From positions 1,736,001-1,800,000 of the forward strand of contig JBHGNT010000010.1 of assembly GCA_043228905.1 (NCBI GenBank): 64,000 nt of DNA, in the 5' to 3' direction. The translations under genes and the position numbers were made by a program. The notes beneath the pieces are model-generated. The model had not been told where the DNA came from. It worked only from the letters and a program-made list of their open reading frames with translations, and made no database searches. Source of the DNA: Azolla caroliniana. Lineage: Eukaryota > Plantae > Polypodiophyta. Shown here piece after piece: positions 57,783 to 64,000 of this stretch (its first letter is position 1; every line of letters begins with the position of its first letter).

Positions 57783-60700
57783 ATGGCGTCTCAAGAATTC
57801 TTTGGCTGCTTCGCCAAATCCTCAGAAGCCATGGCTCCTTCTCCTTCTCCTCCTTCCCTGCAGCCGCTCGACTTCGGCCTCGATCTCGACTCCTTCCTGC
57901 TCAATGATCATCCCTCCCCCGATGATGGCGACCATCTGATCGTCCCCCCATTTCCTTCTTCTTCTTCTCCTCCTCCACCTCCTGCTCCGAATCTTGGTAG
58001 AGCTCACCCACCTCCTCGCCATCGCCGATGTCTCTTTGGAAACTCCTCCTCCGCTCCCCGCACTCGGATTTCTGCAGCTGATTCAGCTCATCCGGGTAGA
58101 GATAATGGACCGGCAGAAAGAACCATACCAGCTCAGCGACTCGATGCCAATGATCCATGGAAGAGAACGTTGCAGAACGACAGCAAATCCAAGAAGCGGG
58201 GGATGTACAATTGTGGTAAATGCGGACAACCTAAGCGAGGTCATGTCTGTGTAGGCGATAGTCCTTCTAACTCTTCCATTAAACCTGCAATTGCGGTATC
58301 TACAAGTCCACAAAAACAAATGGCTAAAAGATTTCACCAGTACTCTGAAGATACATCTGAAGACCACATTTTATCGACTGAATTCGTTCATAATTCCAGT
58401 CCTTCTGCGCCAGTTGCTATTGCTGACGTTCCGTCGGAATTTATGGGTCGTCACCATGGATCAGGTCGAAGCTTACTGAAGAAACGAAGTATAAACTTGT
58501 CTTCATCTCTGTCCTTCAACTCATTTATGGCTCCAGCTGCTTCTAGCTCTGCTACGTCTTCTTGCTCTTCAAACGAGAGATTCAAGCGCACAAATTCAGA
58601 AATCGTACAAGCTTCCCCCATAACATCTGTTATCAGCTTATCTACAGATAGGTAGAATACACTGTCTCCTTGCAATTATTAAATTTCCTATCACATGATT
58701 CCTCAGTTACTGTTTCTTCTTCTGGATCCTGTTTACGTTCTGCATATACCTTCTTTACTATGGAAATGAAATTTGCGGTCATTCCGGAAACTCAACCAGA
58801 TAGATAGATACTCGCGACTAACTTCTTCAATAAGTACATTTGCGAATCTATGATCATATACACACACTCACACGCTCAATTACTCTGCTATTTCTAAACG
58901 ATGACATTTAACAGGAGATCTGTTAATAAACGAATTCTCTGTTTAATTGGCTGAAATTTCATAGCAGTTATGTCCCAGAAGTATGCAAACCTCAGAAGGA
59001 TGAAGAAGAATCAATGCCACTGTCATGTATGGTTCAGATCCTTTCTCGGTTACATCCAATCGATCTCAGTGCTGCAGGTAGTGTATGTAGAAGATGGAGA
59101 CAGTGTGCTGAGTATGCGTGGGTCGCAATTCGCCAGATTCAGCTCAACATTTCTTTATTTTCTACTGGAAACGATAATTTGGATTCTGGAGGTTTTCTTT
59201 CTACCGTTTTGAGGAAATGTCCAAACCTTGATGAACTCACTCTGATCGTATCAAGGTGAAAATTAACTTCAAACTATTTTGAATTTCTTTTTTGTTCAAT
59301 CTATACTATGCGCACTCTTCCTGATTCTCCCATGAGTGTTTAATACTGCGAAGTCCTTACACATTATCTGATTCCATCATGAGAATTTGGTGCAATGAAT
59401 TTACTCTTTATTTCGTCAACCTATACTGTACTCGTGCTGATTCCAATATGTAAATTTCGTAATGTGAAATTTTCGTTTTGTTCTATCATTTCTATACTTT
59501 TCTGATTTTACTATGGAAGTTTTGCCCTGTGAATATCCTACGTCTGATTAACAGTGCCCTTTTCTTATTCTCCTAGGAATGTTTAGCTCCATAAATTTCA
59601 TTTTTGTTTCGTCCTTATTATACTCTTTCTCATATTACTATGAAAGTGTGCTTCCGTGAATCTCTTTTAGTTCGATCTATTGTTTTTTTGCCTGTACTAT
59701 CAAAGCTTTGTGCTAAGAAAAATAAACTGTTGCTCTTTGCAGCGATGTACGAGATTCTTTGCTCAAATGCATCATTGCTTTAAGTTCTCGGCTTTCGTCT
59801 TTAGAAATATGTTTAGCTCCTGAAGGTGTCAACTCTATAACGGGGTAAAAATCTAGTTGAATTTTCTCACGGTTTCGTAATAGATTGCTAATTATATGTC
59901 AATTGACCTGATGCAATGTATTTTTTTTCTAATTGATTTACAAACAGAGAAGGAATAAGGAACCTTCTTCGCCATTGTAAATCTTTGACGTCTCTAAAAT
60001 TAGAAGGATGTGGAAATATGTTTGAAGTTGAGCTTAACAGTGCATGCCTAGAAACACTTTGGCTCACTGGATGCTCCGAGATCAAGTACATGGTAAGAAA
60101 TAATCCGTTCTGGTAGCATATAATATGAGCATTTTAATGAAAAATTAAGACATCTGGAATAACGAGGAGAATCATCTTAGCGTGTGATTCTGAAATAAGT
60201 GTTGAGGGAATAAGATTATATGATCTCGCAACGTTTTCACAAGATTACTAATTTAATGCAGTTCTTGAATGACATTAAAGTACAGCACTTTTAGAAGATT
60301 AACTCGGCCGTTACTGACTGACATTAACGTACAGTGCTCTTAGAAAATTAACCCCACACTTGTTTACAGTAGTCAACTACATAATGCGCTTAAAAATATT
60401 TCAATTGGGACCCTGAAACTGATCCTGGCATGCTATGGCTTTCAGTTTTTGAATTGTTCAAGGCTTTCGGAACTGAGCTTGGATTTTTTGCCATACGGAA
60501 ATCAAACGAGTGACACAAAGACAGATACATTGGCAGCTATAATGAAGAACGTAGGGAATACAGCAAAAGGATTGAAACGTCTTCACGTGGCATCTCATTT
60601 GCTAGATGATCGTGTGGTTCATGCTCTCTTGAGTTCAGGGCTAAGGTCAGTCAGTGTCTTTAAGATTCTAATTATACTTTTTTACTTACATCCACATAAA

Positions 60701-62644
60701 TAGTTAAATGTTTTATTGGCTTAACTGAAATATCTTTTTATTACTTACTGCCTTGAATTTAATTCAGAATTTATCAATACATTGATAAATAAGAGAAACT
60801 TTTTGTATGCATGTCACATCCAACCATTGATTGATGTTTTGTGGAACAGGTCATTATCCATGCTATCACTTACCTTTGGAGGTGGAATAACAGATAACTC
60901 TGTTGCAGCAATTGTTGCAAACTGCCAGAGGCTAGAACTCCTGGATTTGAGTGGGTATGCATGCCTTGCCATTCAAAATTTTGTACCCAATAGTTTGAGA
61001 AATCTTGCTCCGTTTTAGGTTCTGTCAAGAACTACAAAAATCGATACCTTTTGAACCTTCAACATCTTTCTCTAGTTTTAATGCTTTAATGGACTACAAA
61101 GGAGCTCCTTCCAAAGAGCTATGGATGCCATTATTAGTGGTCCATTGAGATGCAACAACATTCACTTTTCTGTTGTGCATTGGTGGAGAGATGGAATAGA
61201 ATTTCTTCCATTTTCCCCAAGAAGCCTGCATTGACATATTTCTTCCTATTTGTCCATGATTCTCAAATGTCTAAATATTTCTGGCTTCAGACTCCAGGGT
61301 GCTTATTTAAATACATTATACATATGAAACCATTTTGCTAAATCAAACTCAGTAATGTATTCCTAATTTGTTTATTATTTTGTCTTTTCATCTATCTTTT
61401 GGTTATTTGTAAGGTCAAGTTTTCTTTCTACTAAACCTAACACTTCATTGTCCATTGCAGATCAAGTATTAGTGATAAGGCTCTCCAGATGATCAGTAAT
61501 TCGTTCTCTTCAACATTGACAAAGCTTTTGTTGGCTCTTTGTCCAAATATCTCCCATCGTAAGATAAACAGTCGAGCTGTTACTCTTCTATAGGATTTCT
61601 GTACTTACTGTCATTGTTTGACAGATGTATATTAATGGCATTGCAGTTGGATTGGAGATGGTGGTTTCCCAGTTGCCTCGATTGCAGCTCCTTGATTGTG
61701 GAAAGGTGATAGTTGACAATTGGAATGGAATGAATCAACCGTTGGTCGAAGTAAATGATGACAACGACGCCAATATCGACTTGCACAATATACACAGGAA
61801 AACTGGAGTTTGTGTATTGCAGCTCTATCATCTAGAACTTGAGAAACTAAGCTTATGGGGATGCTCTGGACTTCAGGTTTGGTTTAGTGTCAACTATCTC
61901 AATGGCGAATAATGGTGTTTTTTGGCCCTTCATTTAGTTATGTATTAAGTTGAGTTCTGAATTGGCAGGAGCTAATTTTGGACTGCCCAAAGCTTGTGGA
62001 CCTTAATTTGACAAGCTGCTCAAAGTTAAAACCTGGTGCGTGTTCCCTGCTTTCTGTATGTGTATTCTGAAATGCAGACTACATTTACATCCTAAAAAAT
62101 TTTAGGACAAAACTTATCATCCAAACTTTGGGATTGATATGACCGAGATTTAAGTCTGAATGTGCTTATATATATTTACTTCGATTACTTATGTCTTTTT
62201 TGCAAGCTTGATTATTTTATTGAGCATCATTTTTGCAAGCTTTAAAAGAAACTTAAGAGCATTATTTATGGTGTACAACAGATGGGTTCCAACTGCATTG
62301 CCCATCATTGAAAGAAGTACACGTTGGTAAGTGTGGAAAAGAGTGCGTGGACAAGATTCAGTATCAGGTAATGTGCTTGCTAGATTTCTATGTCATTTTC
62401 ACGTAGCGAATTACTTATTTTACATACATTGTTTGACTGTAACACTAGTTTCTTAAACACATTTATCATATGTATATATATGTATAGAGTTCTAAAATAT
62501 ATATCACATATAATGTATAAATATATGCAGATGGATCATGGTCTTTTAGATCCGAGGGTCATCTGGCGGCGCCAAGCAGATGGGTCAAAACGAGTGCAAG
62601 CACCTTGCATAGCTGAGGAGCCATCAATTTGTTCAACACCCTGA
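57783..62644 (+). CDS. FBL17: F-box/LRR-repeat protein 17. Exons 57783-58651, 58965-59255, 59743-59844, 59948-60092, 60446-60645, 60850-60954, 61461-61558, 61647-61876, 61969-62035, 62282-62367, 62531-62644
   Basis: Diagnostic KKRGMYNCGKCGQPKRGHVC motif, F-box (MPLSCMVQILSRL..VCRRW), LRRs, LEKLSLWGCSGL, C-terminal ADGSKR. GT-AG introns. Confidence 0.9.
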
Positions 62645-64000
62645 AAAACTCGTTATCCTTCTGGTCTATCACACACCGAATAAACCAGAAATCCTTCTTT
62701 GAAAAGCCAATATATTTCTTCCATTTACAAGAGCTAGCATTATTTTTTGACGTCATAAAATAAGGAAAACAATTGGTGCTGCTGCAAGTGATGAAGTCTC
62801 GATTAGACTGTATAGAGGGTGACCCTTAAATATGTATATATACATATACAGATACATATATATATATATATATTTATTGAGGGTTTTGAATAGAATTCTC
62901 AATTAGAATAAGGAAGAGCACACTTCAAACAGTGAATCTCTGATTACTTTTGTAAGAGTTAGTTGATCATTTAATGATCTCTAACGAAGTAAAAGCCTTA
63001 GTTCCTATTGCATTGACTTCTCTGTTAATGCAGGTTGAACAAAATCAAGGCAAGAGAAATAAATTCTAGTCTTGTTAGGTAAGAGTGTAATTTTTGCTCC
63101 TTGCTCTTGCTCCTTCTATGAAGAAAACGAGTACTGTATTCCCATTAAATTCATCAAGAGAAAATGAATACTTAAACATTTCAATCCCTTTTGTGTCTTC
63201 AGAAACGATTCATAGCAAATGGAACTCCCGAGGCTACATAACTGTTAATGTCTTAATTATAAATTTGTATACGCATTTCCAAGTGTCATATTATTGAGGG
63301 TATGCTTAAGCATGGTGCTCTAAAATACGGTAGAATGTGACTTTTTTGCTTTGAACCCGAAAAGATAAGACTTATTGTGAAATGAGTATGTTTTTCTTCA
63401 AAGTATCAACCTCATCTATTTGTACACTTGGCTTATTGGAAGGAAAGCAAATGTTCCATTTCACCAAATTCCACAGCCTAGTATTTTAGTTAATTTATAA
63501 AATTTGTTCTTTTTGAAAATACACTATTGTTTTTGCCTCCTTAATCCAATTTTGCTTCCTCTTCTGTGTACACATGCTATACTCAAGTTTACCAGGGAAT
63601 ATATAACAGTGATCCAATCTGGAACCAATTTTTATGTGTTAGCTTAATTAAATATAAAAGAACTATGGCTATACGTATTTTCCACAACATTGATATTTAC
63701 CTTCAATCACTCTTTGAAACTTACAGATTGAAAAAATTTCCAGTATGTAATCAGCAGGTTTTGCATAGTTGTCAAAAACTGGATTGTTGATACTGGTACA
63801 CCAAGAATCATGCTCATAAGAGGATAGAAAAAATTCGGCTCAATTAATCATTGCTTCAATATGTGGTCCCTGTTAAAGTTATAAACTATGATAACTCCCT
63901 ATATGAAAGTTACCATGTTCCTCAGTGTCTCAAAATTCACAATTGCCGACATCCAGCATAGACAGTCTCAAACATCGTTGAAGGACTGTATACAATGGTG

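Overview
Plant nuclear DNA, about 38-40% GC outside the TEs. Gene and TE types suggest a non-seed plant such as a fern, but that is inference. Four host genes: an intronless BTB-NPH3 (NRL-like) gene (+), a ~14-exon uncharacterised coiled-coil gene (-) with a GC-AG and an AT-AC (U12) intron, a mitochondrial PPR gene similar to At1g26460 (-), and an FBL17 F-box/LRR gene (+). TEs: RTE/RTEX-like LINE pieces with a tail-sharing partner repeat, a full-length but decayed Copia (3444-8952), a complete tRNA-type SINE, and a cluster at 33990-54556. The cluster holds a broken Copia, a chromovirus with a nested solo LTR, and a very young intact non-chromovirus Ty3/Gypsy element (35301-45504). That Gypsy is the best candidate for an undescribed system. 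It has identical LTRs and an intact gag-pol followed by an A51 tract. Next comes an internal TATA promoter with four canonical E2F sites, ahead of a ~970-aa nuclear-looking coiled-coil ORF2. A strong hairpin sits where the polypurine tract should be. All calls were made by eye; no database searches were run.
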